From: an uncultured Candidatus Saccharibacteria bacterium
GTDB taxonomy: Bacteria; Patescibacteriota; Saccharimonadia; Saccharimonadales; EFPC-124
Length of the DNA stretch: 64,000 nt
Assembly (NCBI GenBank): GCA_964405095.1
Contig: CAYOML010000003.1
Span: 11,072-75,071 of the forward strand
Direction: 5' to 3'
Below the pieces are notes generated by a model, which saw nothing but the letters and a program-made list of their open reading frames with translations, had not been told where the DNA came from and made no database searches. Both the position numbers and the translations under genes were made by a program. Numbering within the stretch: position 1 is the first letter of the stretch; each line of letters begins with the position of its first letter. Positions 37,906 through 47,306 of the stretch are shown here, in pieces.

Positions 37906-38949
37906 GTGGCACGAACTAAAACAGCAACCACCACACCACCGGCGGATGATCTTGACGAGTCGGCAGAAGCCGATGACGATACAACTTCTCTAGACGGCGA
38001 CCTACCAACTGACGATGCGACAACTACTGATGATGCCGTCGAACCAAATCCCGACGAATTCGAAGAAGAGGAAGAGTGGAAAGAAGACGAGGCTGTAGCC
38101 TCGAGCTACTTAGATGACATTTCTGACGACTCGGTGCGTTTGTACCTGCGCGAAATTGGCAAAATTCCGCTTTTGACGCCTGTCGAAGAATTGGCGCTGG
38201 CTCAGCGCGTCCGCCAAGGTGACAAAGACGCCAAAGATAAGATGGCCGAGGCCAACATGCGTTTAGTAGTGAGTATCGCCAAGCGTTACAGTGGTCGCGG
38301 CTTGGATTTTTTGGATCTGATCCAGGAAGGTAACACCGGTCTGCTACGCGCTGTCGAAAAATTTGATCCCGACAAGGGCTTTAAATTCAGTACCTACGCG
38401 ACCTGGTGGATCCGTCAGGCCATTACCCGTGCGATTGCCGACCAAGCCCGTACCATCCGTATTCCGGTGCACATGGTAGAAACCATCAACAAGCTGCTGC
38501 GCACCCAGCGCCGCATGACGCAGGAGCTCAACCGCGAGCCGTCAATCGAAGAACTGGCGGCCGAAATGGAGATGGAACCAGAGAAGATCGAATACGTCAT
38601 GAAGATCAAACAGGACATTACCTCGCTTGACGCAAATGTGCGCGATGATGATGACGACTCGGTGCTCGGCGATTTTATCGAGGACGAAGAAGCCCAAAGC
38701 CCTGAAGAATCGGCCGCTATTCAGCTTTTGAAGGAGCAAGTTAAAGAAATGCTCAGCGTTCTGACTGAACGCGAGCAAAAAATCCTGAAAATGCGCTTTG
38801 GTCTGGAAGACGGCAAAAGCCACACGCTCGAGGAAGTTGGCCAGGAATTTAGTGTAACCCGCGAGCGCATTCGACAGATTGAAGCCAAAGCACTTAGCAA
38901 ACTGCGCAAGCACAAAGACGCTAAGAAACTTTACGAATACTTGCAGTAA
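37906..38949 (+). CDS. rpoD: RNA polymerase sigma factor, sigma-70 primary type
   Basis: 347 aa with a GTG start after AGGAGG. Acidic N-terminus; region 2 [31 protein letters not shown]; region 4 [18 protein letters not shown]. Confidence 0.92.
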   Translation: MARTKTATTTPPADDLDESAEADDDTTSLDGDLPTDDATTTDDAVEPNPDEFEEEEEWKEDEAVASSYLDDISDDSVRLYLREIGKIPLLTPVEELALAQRVRQGDKDAKDKMAEANMRLVVSIAKRYSGRGLDFLDLIQEGNTGLLRAVEKFDPDKGFKFSTYATWWIRQAITRAIADQARTIRIPVHMVETINKLLRTQRRMTQELNREPSIEELAAEMEMEPEKIEYVMKIKQDITSLDANVRDDDDDSVLGDFIEDEEAQSPEESAAIQLLKEQVKEMLSVLTEREQKILKMRFGLEDGKSHTLEEVGQEFSVTRERIRQIEAKALSKLRKHKDAKKLYEYLQ

Positions 38950-38950
38950 A

Positions 38951-39532
38951 CTAGAATTTGATATCAGCTAAGGCTTCGTCGAGCTGGATAAACAGTTCGC
39001 CGTAACCTTTGTTGTTGACCAGGGTGTAGTCAGCATTAGCGATCGGACCACCCTTTTCCATATTCTCGATTTCGGCGTAGTCGCGGCTGTTTGCCTCTTC
39101 GGTCGTTAGTGGGCGGACCGGACGACGGCCTAGGCGTTCGTGACGCAAACTGCGCTGCGCAGCCACAGCCACAATAACCGCCTGGCCGGCATACTTGTCT
39201 TTGAACACTTTATACTCCGGCCACATGTACAATCCATCCACCACGATCCGCTTGTGACCTTGATCTATGAGTTTGTCGATTTTTTTGGCAATACGATAAG
39301 CATACGAGTCGCGGCCCTCAGTACGGCGTAGCTCCTCACGCACAACTCGCTCATTGGCTTCATTAATCTCTTGACCACGGCGCTTGACTTCGTCGACGGT
39401 AATACCGCCGAAATACAACACTGGCGGCAGGTTGGGGTGCTTTTCCATAACGTGATCCACACAGGAACTCTTGCCCGAGCCTGGCATACCCACAAACGTC
39501 AGAATGATTGGTTGTTTTGCATCAATAGTCAT
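38951..39532 (-). CDS. P-loop nucleotide kinase-like protein (dephospho-CoA kinase / adenylate kinase-like fold)
   Basis: 193 aa. Walker A FVGMPGSGKSS. Substrate unknown. Confidence 0.65.
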   Translation of the reverse strand: MTIDAKQPIILTFVGMPGSGKSSCVDHVMEKHPNLPPVLYFGGITVDEVKRRGQEINEANERVVREELRRTEGRDSYAYRIAKKIDKLIDQGHKRIVVDGLYMWPEYKVFKDKYAGQAVIVAVAAQRSLRHERLGRRPVRPLTTEEANSRDYAEIENMEKGGPIANADYTLVNNKGYGELFIQLDEALADIKF

Positions 39533-39597
39533 CAGGCACGATTATACAGAAGCAACGTCTGTTGGCAAAATCGTCTAATTCTGATTTAGTTTAGATA

Positions 39598-40884
39598 GTG
39601 AGTGAACATATTGAGGTGGCTGGTACCATTGCAAATACGGTGGGCGATACTTCGTCACCCGAAACAGCCGGTGATGAACTTGCTATGCGCAGAAAAGCCC
39701 GTAAACGTGGCGGGCCGGCGGTTAAAGCCCGGGTCGCCAGAGCACCTCGAAAGACTACAGGGAAAAAAGCTGGCGAGCGCGCACTTTTGAGCGTTGTCGG
39801 GGGTGAAGAAGGGTTGAGCCTGGATGAGATTCTAGCAGAAGTTGACGAATTTGGGTTTGATGCAGACGAACCTGAAGACAATGTACTAGACAGGCTAGGG
39901 GCTAGCAGTGATGAAGAGGGTGAAGACTTGTCGGACTTGGCCGATCTGGATGACGAAAGAGCCGATGCCTCGGTTACTGACCCTGTGCGCGCCTACATTA
40001 TCCGGGCCGGTAGGGTATCACTACTGGATGCTGCTCAAGAAGTTGACTTATCCAAGCGCATAGAAGCTGGCTTGTATGCGACAGAACTTTTACGTAGTTT
40101 TAATGAAGACGGCATTCCGCTTAACGGTTATACAGTCAAGGAACTTGAGTTTGTAGCTAAAGATGGCAGCCGCGCCAAAGATCACATGCTGGAAGCCAAC
40201 CTACGCCTTGTTATGAGTATTGCTAAACGTTACGTTCGCCACGGCGCGCATATGCAATTTTTGGATCTCATCCAAGAAGGTAACATTGGTATGGTTCGTG
40301 CTGTAGAAAAATTTAATTACAAACGGGGCTACAAGTTCAGCACGTACGCCACCTGGTGGATCCGCCAGGCTATCACTCGGGCGATTGGCGACCAGGCCCG
40401 TACTATTCGCATTCCGTTACATATGGTTGAGAATCTCAATCGGATGAGTACCGTTCAACGCGCTCTAACACATAGTCTTGGGCATGAACCAAGTGATCTC
40501 GAACTGGCCGAAGCATTAGATATAGATGAGAAGACCTTGGCAAAATGGCTCTCTTATGAGCGAGAGCCCGTCTCGCTTGACACGCCAGTGGGGGATGACA
40601 AAGAAAGCAGTCTCGGCAATTTTGTTAGCGATGATGATGCCGTTGACCCAGAAGAAGCTGCGGGGTATCAGCTGCAGGCTGCACAAATAGCAGAAGCACT
40701 TAATATTTTAACCGGCAGAGAACAGCTAGTGATGCGTTATCGCCTTGGGTTTTACGGTCGAGAGTATAGCCTCCAAGAGATTGCCCAGGAACTTGAGCTG
40801 AGTCGCGAGCGCATTCGTCAGATAGAGACAAAGGCTAAGGATAAACTTAGAGACTCGCCCCTTCTCGCCTCGTTTAGAAGCTAG
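39598..40884 (+). CDS. second sigma-70 family sigma factor (primary-like, regions 1.2-4 present)
   Basis: 428 aa. DPVRAYI (region 1.2); [42 protein letters not shown]; region 4 [18 protein letters not shown]. The GTG start is uncertain. Confidence 0.85.
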   Translation: MSEHIEVAGTIANTVGDTSSPETAGDELAMRRKARKRGGPAVKARVARAPRKTTGKKAGERALLSVVGGEEGLSLDEILAEVDEFGFDADEPEDNVLDRLGASSDEEGEDLSDLADLDDERADASVTDPVRAYIIRAGRVSLLDAAQEVDLSKRIEAGLYATELLRSFNEDGIPLNGYTVKELEFVAKDGSRAKDHMLEANLRLVMSIAKRYVRHGAHMQFLDLIQEGNIGMVRAVEKFNYKRGYKFSTYATWWIRQAITRAIGDQARTIRIPLHMVENLNRMSTVQRALTHSLGHEPSDLELAEALDIDEKTLAKWLSYEREPVSLDTPVGDDKESSLGNFVSDDDAVDPEEAAGYQLQAAQIAEALNILTGREQLVMRYRLGFYGREYSLQEIAQELELSRERIRQIETKAKDKLRDSPLLASFRS

Positions 40885-40906
40885 CCAAGTACCACCCCGA
40901 ATGCAC

Positions 40907-40912
40907 TATACT
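40907..40912 (+). promoter_or_regulatory. -10 box (TATACT) 6 nt upstream of the polA ATG at 40919
   Basis: TATACT-tatacc-ATG. The ORF-track start at 40901 lies upstream of and partly within the promoter. Confidence 0.45.
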
Positions 40913-40918
40913 TATACC

Positions 40919-43618
40919 ATGAGCAAACGCCTGGTTATTATAGATGGCAAAAGCGTATTTTACCGTGGCTACTATGCTATGCCCAGTTTAAGTACCAAAG
41001 ACGGCACACCCACTGGCGGGGTTTATGGTTTTGCAGTCATGGCACTAGAAGTAGTGAAGAAGTTAAAGCCGGATTATGTTTGCGTGGCGTGGGACAAACG
41101 CCACACCAATATTCGCTCCCGCGTGGCGTTATATCCTCAGTACAAAGCCAATCGCAAGCCGGCACCGCCAGATTTTTATGAGCAAATCCCGATTTTGTAC
41201 GACTTGTTGCATGCCTTAGGTTGGCCACTTTACGAAGCCGACGACTACGAAGCCGACGACCTAATGGGTGCCTTTGCCAAGCAAGCCGGCGAAAAGGACA
41301 TAGAAAGTTACCTTGTAACTAGCGACCTAGACGTTTTACAGCTCGTAAACCCACATACCCACATTTACACCCTTAAAAAAGGCCTCAGCCACATAGAACT
41401 ATTCAATGTGGCTAGCTTTGAAGAAAAATACGGCGTCAGTGCTCACCAATGGGTGGATGTTAAAGCGCTGAAAGGTGATTCGTCCGACAATATTCCAGGC
41501 GTAGCCGGCGTCGGCGAAAAAACCGCTTTGGAGCTCATAAAACAATATGGTTCGCTCGACGGAGTTTACGAAAACATCGAACTTATTAAAAACACTCTCA
41601 AAGATAAACTCGTCAAAGATAAAGACATGGCCTACCTAAGTAAAAAACTTGTCACCCTGATGGTAGACGCACCCATAAAAATTGACCTCGCACACGCCAA
41701 ACTCCACGACGGTGTCACCCCTGAATTTGTGGCCATATTACGCAAACTCGAATTCCGTAACCTTCTTCGCCAGGCCGAAGCCGGCATGACCAAATCCGAA
41801 CTAGAAGCCGCTGAAGAACACATCGAAGAGCACGAAATGCCCGAAATCAAAAAGAAAAAATTCGACCAAGCCGACTACAAACCCACCCAAACCCGCGTAA
41901 TAGCCCTCAGCCCCGACAGCAGTACACTATGGGTCAGCCCAATTCAAGGCTACTATAGTATATTGCCGTTAACTGAGAGCACTGGTTCTACGTCAGCCGG
42001 GGGTGACCCGGAGGGAGGGGCGCCCCGGTCACGCGCAGCCGTACTCGGCGAGCATGTCCGGGGAGGGAAACCTGAGGGGCAGGACCCGCGGGGTGGTCTG
42101 CACAACAATGAAGGCGGTCTAAGCGACGAGGCACGTGGTCACCTTGAAACGGTAATGAACGGTCCTCTCATCGGCCACGACCTCAAAAGTATCTTCAGAT
42201 ATCTGCTCGGCCTTGGCGTAAAAACCGAACCCAAAGTCGAACACGACACCCGCATCGCCGCCTTCATCCTAAATTCATTGGAACGCTCCCGCGAACTCGG
42301 CGACCTCCGCGGCCGTACCCTCGACATGGCCAACCCCGCTGAAGTTCTCCCATCCACCTGGGAAGCTTACAAAGACCAAAAACTCCAATTCGATCAACTC
42401 CCCAAACTTCAAATGCTTGCCACCGACATGGACTTCCCCAGCATCTACCTTCTCGCCAAAATGGAGCACCGCGGTATTCGCCTCGACAGCACATATCTTA
42501 ACAACATGGGCAAAAAATTCGAGGTCCAATTAAAAGAATTTGAACAAAAAATTTACGAACTGGCTGGGCAAGAATTTAACATTGCCTCGCCAACCCAGCT
42601 TGGTGAAATCTTGTACGTAAAACTCGGCTTGCCAACCGGCGGCGTCAAAAAAGGCAAAACCGGCTATTCTACTGGCGCCAAAGAGTTAGAGAAATTAAAG
42701 CCGTTGCATCCACTGCCAGCGCTGGTTTTGCAGTACCGCGAATACGCTAAACTCAAAAGCACCTACATCGACACCCTCCCAAAACTTGTCGATGCCCAAG
42801 GCAAATTGCATACCACCTACGATCTGGACGTTGCCGCAACTGGCCGTCTCAGCAGTCGCGACCCTAACCTGCAAAACATCCCTACCCGTACCGAAATTGG
42901 TCAAGCCATCCGCACAGCCTTTCTGCCGGGTCCAGGTAACGTGTTTGTAAGCGCTGACTACAACCAGTTTGAGTTGCGTCTTTCGGCCGTGATGGCCGAG
43001 GATAAAGAGCTAATCGAAAGCTTTAACAAACACGAAGACGTCCACACCAAAACTGCCGCCCAGTTATATGGCATTCCTACCGCCACTGTCACTAAAGAAC
43101 AGCGCCGTCATGCCAAAACCGTCAATTTTGGGATTTTGTATGGCATGAGCCCACATGGCTTGCAAGCCGCGACCGGCATGAGTTTTGCCGAAGCGCGGGA
43201 TTTTATCAAAAAGTATTTTGAGCTGCGAGCGCCGATCCGCGACTACATCGACAATATAGTTAAAAAAGCCCTACACGACGGCTATGTAGAAACCATCTTT
43301 GGCCGTCGTCGTCCAACCCCAGACTTAAAAAGCAGCAACTTCGCCGTCCGCGAAGCCGCCAAACGCGCCGCCATGAACATGCCAATCCAGGGAACCGAAG
43401 CCGATATTATGAAGTTGGCAATGCTGGCGGTGGAAGAAAAGTTGAGTGGGCTAGGCGAGCAGCTGCTGCAAATCCACGACAGCATTTTAGTAGAATGCCC
43501 CGAGGCAAACGCCGAAAAAGTCAGCAAAATCTTAAAAGAAACCATGGAATCTATCCACCCTCTGCCGGTCGAGCTAAAAGTCGACGTCAGCACTGGAAAA
43601 AACTGGGGTGCACTCTAG
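40919..43618 (+). CDS. polA: DNA polymerase I
   Basis: ~899 aa. 5' nuclease (LVIIDGKSVFYRGYYA, SDNIPGVAGVGEKTA); pol motifs DYNQFELRL (A), RRHAKTVNFGILYG (B) and QIHDSILVE (C). Contains the family D repeat at 42002..42143 in-frame. Confidence 0.95.
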   Translation: MSKRLVIIDGKSVFYRGYYAMPSLSTKDGTPTGGVYGFAVMALEVVKKLKPDYVCVAWDKRHTNIRSRVALYPQYKANRKPAPPDFYEQIPILYDLLHALGWPLYEADDYEADDLMGAFAKQAGEKDIESYLVTSDLDVLQLVNPHTHIYTLKKGLSHIELFNVASFEEKYGVSAHQWVDVKALKGDSSDNIPGVAGVGEKTALELIKQYGSLDGVYENIELIKNTLKDKLVKDKDMAYLSKKLVTLMVDAPIKIDLAHAKLHDGVTPEFVAILRKLEFRNLLRQAEAGMTKSELEAAEEHIEEHEMPEIKKKKFDQADYKPTQTRVIALSPDSSTLWVSPIQGYYSILPLTESTGSTSAGGDPEGGAPRSRAAVLGEHVRGGKPEGQDPRGGLHNNEGGLSDEARGHLETVMNGPLIGHDLKSIFRYLLGLGVKTEPKVEHDTRIAAFILNSLERSRELGDLRGRTLDMANPAEVLPSTWEAYKDQKLQFDQLPKLQMLATDMDFPSIYLLAKMEHRGIRLDSTYLNNMGKKFEVQLKEFEQKIYELAGQEFNIASPTQLGEILYVKLGLPTGGVKKGKTGYSTGAKELEKLKPLHPLPALVLQYREYAKLKSTYIDTLPKLVDAQGKLHTTYDLDVAATGRLSSRDPNLQNIPTRTEIGQAIRTAFLPGPGNVFVSADYNQFELRLSAVMAEDKELIESFNKHEDVHTKTAAQLYGIPTATVTKEQRRHAKTVNFGILYGMSPHGLQAATGMSFAEARDFIKKYFELRAPIRDYIDNIVKKALHDGYVETIFGRRRPTPDLKSSNFAVREAAKRAAMNMPIQGTEADIMKLAMLAVEEKLSGLGEQLLQIHDSILVECPEANAEKVSKILKETMESIHPLPVELKVDVSTGKNWGAL
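42002..42143 (+). repeat. family D element, copy D2, inside the polA reading frame
   Basis: Closing stem GGTGACC/GGTCACC. CCCCGG/CCGGGG and GCCG-tact-CGGC. The core is homologous to 9496..9594, with an extra ~47-nt insert. Confidence 0.8.
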
Positions 43619-43681
43619 TGGGTAAGGGGGCACGACGGCTGCGACAGACAATTAAGATTAGTATGAGCTGAGCTAAAGTAT

Positions 43682-43687
43682 TAGAAT
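43682..43687 (+). promoter_or_regulatory. -10 box (TAGAAT) 6 nt upstream of the ATG at 43694
   Basis: TAGAAT-caacgt-ATG. Confidence 0.4.
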
Positions 43688-43693
43688 CAACGT

Positions 43694-44107
43694 ATGGACC
43701 CTAAGCAGTCGCCCACAAAAAGCATAGTTATCGTAGAAGACGACCCTGCCTTAGGCGAAATTTATAAGACACGCCTGGAGCTACAAGGCTACAACTGCTT
43801 TGTTGCATATAACGGAATTATCGCGCTCTATTTTATTCAAAAAAACATACCGGATTTGGTTCTGCTGGATCTGATGATACCCGATATTTCTGGTGCCGAG
43901 GTTCTGGCAACAATGCGCCGCACATCCTGGGGTAAAAATATTCCGGTTTACGTTATATCGAACCTCAACGAATCTCAGGCACCTGCAGGATTGCGAGATT
44001 TGGGAATTGCGGGCTACTCCGTAAAAGCAAATCTGGCCAATGACGAAATAGATAGAATCGTTAATAATATCTTGCGGCCAGACGCCGAAAAGAGTGGGCA
44101 AGCTTAG
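43694..44107 (+). CDS. response regulator, stand-alone receiver domain (CheY-like)
   Basis: 137 aa. VIVEDD; phospho-acceptor context LVLLDLMIPDISG; no output domain and no adjacent histidine kinase. Confidence 0.85.
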   Translation: MDPKQSPTKSIVIVEDDPALGEIYKTRLELQGYNCFVAYNGIIALYFIQKNIPDLVLLDLMIPDISGAEVLATMRRTSWGKNIPVYVISNLNESQAPAGLRDLGIAGYSVKANLANDEIDRIVNNILRPDAEKSGQA

Positions 44108-44135
44108 CCGCTGCCCCCAGATTCGCTAAGACCTT

Positions 44136-44144
44136 TGTTAGAAT
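44136..44144 (+). promoter_or_regulatory. extended -10 (TGtTAGAAT) 6 nt upstream of the ATG at 44151
   Basis: TGtTAGAAT-aattct-ATG. Confidence 0.45.
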
Positions 44145-44150
44145 AATTCT

Positions 44151-44795
44151 ATGCCTGCCTATAAAGCTGTCATCTTCGACCTCGACGACACGCTGGTTAA
44201 AACCTGGGTCGTCAAATGGCAGCAGCACAAATTTGTGGCCAAAAAATATTTTGGTGTCGACTTGACCGATGACGCGTTGGCCGAACATTGGGGCAAGCCA
44301 TTTGATGCCATGGTGACCGAGTTATACAAGCAAAACGGCACGCACGAAGAGCGCCGGGTACATTTTTCTAAGCACGAATTAGATTACCCCAAGCAGTATC
44401 AAGACGACACACTGGCTACGCTTGAAACCCTGTGTCGAGCCAATTTGGTTATGGGTATAGTGACATCGATGCACAAAGAGGGCGCGTTTATTGATCTTAA
44501 CAACTTAAAAATGCCTACGGAATATTTTGCCTTTATACAGGGTTCTGACGAATCTGAATATCACAAGCCAGACCCGCGTGTGTTTGATCCAGCCAAAAAA
44601 CATCTGGCAGAGCAGGACATAACCGACGGTATCGTGTACGTTGGCGATGCACTCAGCGACTACCAAGCATCGCGTGATGCCGGGCTGAGTTTTATAGGTG
44701 TGACTACAGGTTTTGTTGATGAACAAACGTTTCGCGGTGCCGGGGCTGCGCATATTATCTCTGGTCTGGCAGAATTGCCAAAGCTTGTGCTATGA
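44151..44795 (+). CDS. HAD-superfamily hydrolase
   Basis: 214 aa. Motif I VIFDLDDTLV; motif II VTS; motif IV VGDALSD. Confidence 0.8.
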   Translation: MPAYKAVIFDLDDTLVKTWVVKWQQHKFVAKKYFGVDLTDDALAEHWGKPFDAMVTELYKQNGTHEERRVHFSKHELDYPKQYQDDTLATLETLCRANLVMGIVTSMHKEGAFIDLNNLKMPTEYFAFIQGSDESEYHKPDPRVFDPAKKHLAEQDITDGIVYVGDALSDYQASRDAGLSFIGVTTGFVDEQTFRGAGAAHIISGLAELPKLVL

Positions 44796-44862
44796 ATTAT
44801 GACAAGAAAGAACCAAAATTTTGCAACCTTATGGTTGTGGCAATCGGTGATTTAATAGGGAC

Positions 44863-45354
44863 ATGTTGAAAGAGCGTATTGCCCGTGCCAAAGAACTGCT
44901 TAAAACCGTTCGTCATGCAGCTATGGCTACAGTTAACGAAGATGGCTCGCCACACAATACCCCATATTTTTTGATGTTCGATGACATACTGGAGCATTTT
45001 TATTGGGGTTCGCACCCCGATTCGCAGCATTCTAAAAATATCGCCCGTACTGGCCAGGCTTTTGTGGTTATTTACGATGCCATTGGGCCCGGGGGCGGGC
45101 TTTATGTGCAACTGGCGAACGGTCACGCTACTGAAAATGACGAGCTTGTAACAGCTCTGGTAGTACATAACAAAATGCGTGCCCGCGATGGCAAAGAGCC
45201 GCTTGAACCCAACTATTACCAATGTGGCCCGCAGAAAATGTATGTTGCCGATGTGGTTAAACTTTGGGTGAATGCCAGTGAACGCGATTCACGGGGTCTT
45301 ATCGTGCAGGATCGCCGCTACGAAATTAAACGGAGTGATTTAATCACTGGCTAG
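44863..45354 (+). CDS. pyridoxamine 5'-phosphate oxidase family (split-barrel FMN-binding) protein
   Basis: 163 aa. AMATVNEDGSPHNTPYF pattern. Confidence 0.65.
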   Translation: MLKERIARAKELLKTVRHAAMATVNEDGSPHNTPYFLMFDDILEHFYWGSHPDSQHSKNIARTGQAFVVIYDAIGPGGGLYVQLANGHATENDELVTALVVHNKMRARDGKEPLEPNYYQCGPQKMYVADVVKLWVNASERDSRGLIVQDRRYEIKRSDLITG

Positions 45355-45413
45355 GCTTGGCAGAGACGGCACTTGCATTTGTGGCAAGTTTACAGCGATA
45401 ATAGGCTAAGTAC

Positions 45414-45692
45414 ATGGAAAAAAGAATTGCAGCTGTTTTTTACGTAGCATTAGGCATTATTACCATTGGTTTTACATGGCTGTTTGATGCCAACCAAAAT
45501 CAGCCGGCCGTGGCGACAGAAGTTAAATCACCAGTTATTAACCTGAATGCCAGCGATTTTGACGAAAGCAAAAACCTAAAAGACGCCGTAGACCGTCTGT
45601 CTAAGTCAGTAGAAAAACCTACTACTAACGGTAGCATCGACCAACTCCAGCCTGCGCTCAAAAACCAGGATTCTGCTAAACTACCACAATGA
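45414..45692 (+). CDS. hypothetical small membrane-anchored protein
   Basis: 92 aa with an N-terminal TM helix (IAAVFYVALGIITIGFTWLF). Its stop overlaps the alr start. Confidence 0.45.
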   Translation: MEKRIAAVFYVALGIITIGFTWLFDANQNQPAVATEVKSPVINLNASDFDESKNLKDAVDRLSKSVEKPTTNGSIDQLQPALKNQDSAKLPQ

Positions 45693-46840
45693 TCCGTCAT
45701 AATCTTGACGCCTTTTTGCGTCGTTTCGAACGCCAGTTTGTAGGGCATAACCGCATAGAGATTTCACGCACGGCGCTGCTACACAATATTGGTTTATTCA
45801 AGAAAATGACCAACTTGCAGATTATCCCGGTGCTCAAGGCCAACGCCTACGGCCATGGAATAGCCTCAGTCGCCACGGCCTTAAAACACGCTCATGTGCC
45901 ATATGTTGCGGTTGATGGCTATTTTGAGGCCATAAAAGTACGCCAAGTGAGCAAACTGCCAGTATTGATAATGGGTACCATCCGCCCGGAAAATTTTGCC
46001 AAATTACGCTACGATAATTTTGCGTTCTTGGTGCAAGATGCCACCACTATTCGCGCCTTGGGCGAAACTGGCAAGCGGGTCAAAGTCCACCTAGATTGCA
46101 ACACAGGCATGAATCGTTACGGTGCCCGACCCGACGAAGTTGGCTGGCTGACGCAACTCATTTTAAGTTACAAAAACCTACAACTAGAAGGTGTAATGAG
46201 CCACTTGGCCGACAGCGACGGTGATTATCAACATACAATCACCGAAGCCGTAAGAATCTTTGATAACTGTGTCGAGGCGGTGCGCCAAGCCGGTGGTCAG
46301 CCAAGCCTGATACATATTGCTCAAAGTGCTGGCGCCGTGAAAGCTCACTCTAAATATGCCAACGCCTTACGGCTGGGCATCTCGCTTTATGGTATAAATC
46401 CATTTTCCTCTAAGCATAAAATGTACGAAAGACTGGCCGGTTTACATCCAGCACTTAAGTTTGTCAGCACCATCACTAAAATAAACCAACTTCAAAAAGG
46501 TGATAAAGTTGGCTACAACTATACGTTCACGGCGCCAAGAGCTATGAGGCTAGGCGTCATTCCGGTAGGGTATTACGAGGGCGTGAACTGCGAACTTAGT
46601 AATCTTGGCTGCGTAAAAATTGGCAAAAAATTTGCGCCCATCGTCGGGCGGATAAACATGAATCACACCATGATCAGCCTAGATGGGATCAATGCTAAAG
46701 TGGGTACCGAAGTGCTAGTGTACAGCAACGACCCGAGTGATCCCAACTCAGTGCAACAAATCAGCGAAACAGACCATTTATTTAGCTACAGTTTACTGAC
46801 ATCGCTAGCCGCAGACACCAAACGCGTTTTGATAGACTAA
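45689..46840 (+). CDS. alr: alanine racemase
   Basis: 383 aa. PLP-lysine motif VLKANAYGHG and C-terminal beta domain. Confidence 0.92.
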   Translation: MIRHNLDAFLRRFERQFVGHNRIEISRTALLHNIGLFKKMTNLQIIPVLKANAYGHGIASVATALKHAHVPYVAVDGYFEAIKVRQVSKLPVLIMGTIRPENFAKLRYDNFAFLVQDATTIRALGETGKRVKVHLDCNTGMNRYGARPDEVGWLTQLILSYKNLQLEGVMSHLADSDGDYQHTITEAVRIFDNCVEAVRQAGGQPSLIHIAQSAGAVKAHSKYANALRLGISLYGINPFSSKHKMYERLAGLHPALKFVSTITKINQLQKGDKVGYNYTFTAPRAMRLGVIPVGYYEGVNCELSNLGCVKIGKKFAPIVGRINMNHTMISLDGINAKVGTEVLVYSNDPSDPNSVQQISETDHLFSYSLLTSLAADTKRVLID

Positions 46841-46844
46841 AGAT

Positions 46845-47294
46845 ATGAAACCAGGCAAAGATTATATTGGTGTAGGCATTGGGTTACTGATTTTTAACGA
46901 AAAGGGACAGGCACTTTTTACAAAACGCGGCCCAGCCTCTAAAAACGAACGCGGTCACTGGGAAATCCCAGGCGGCAGTGTGGAATATGGTGAAACACTA
47001 GCCGATACGGCAATTCGCGAAGCCAAAGAGGAATTAGGCGTCGACGTTGAGTTGGTTAAACAGCTTGAGGCGATTGATCACTTTATTCCAAAGGATGGTC
47101 ATCATTGGGTGGCGATTCCGTTTGTGGCGCGCATTAAGCCGGGGCAGAAGCCGCGAATTATGGAACCAACCAAGTGTGAGGAGCAGGCTTGGTTTGCGCT
47201 TGATAACCCGCCATATCCACTGTCTACGGTCACCCAACCCACAATCGATGCCTATCGTCGCTCTACGGCACAGGTTGATAAAATAGAGGTATAA
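46845..47294 (+). CDS. NUDIX hydrolase
   Basis: 149 aa. Nudix box GGSVEYGETLADTAIREAKEELGV. Confidence 0.85.
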   Translation: MKPGKDYIGVGIGLLIFNEKGQALFTKRGPASKNERGHWEIPGGSVEYGETLADTAIREAKEELGVDVELVKQLEAIDHFIPKDGHHWVAIPFVARIKPGQKPRIMEPTKCEEQAWFALDNPPYPLSTVTQPTIDAYRRSTAQVDKIEV

Positions 47295-47306
47295 CCTGGA
47301 GGTTAC

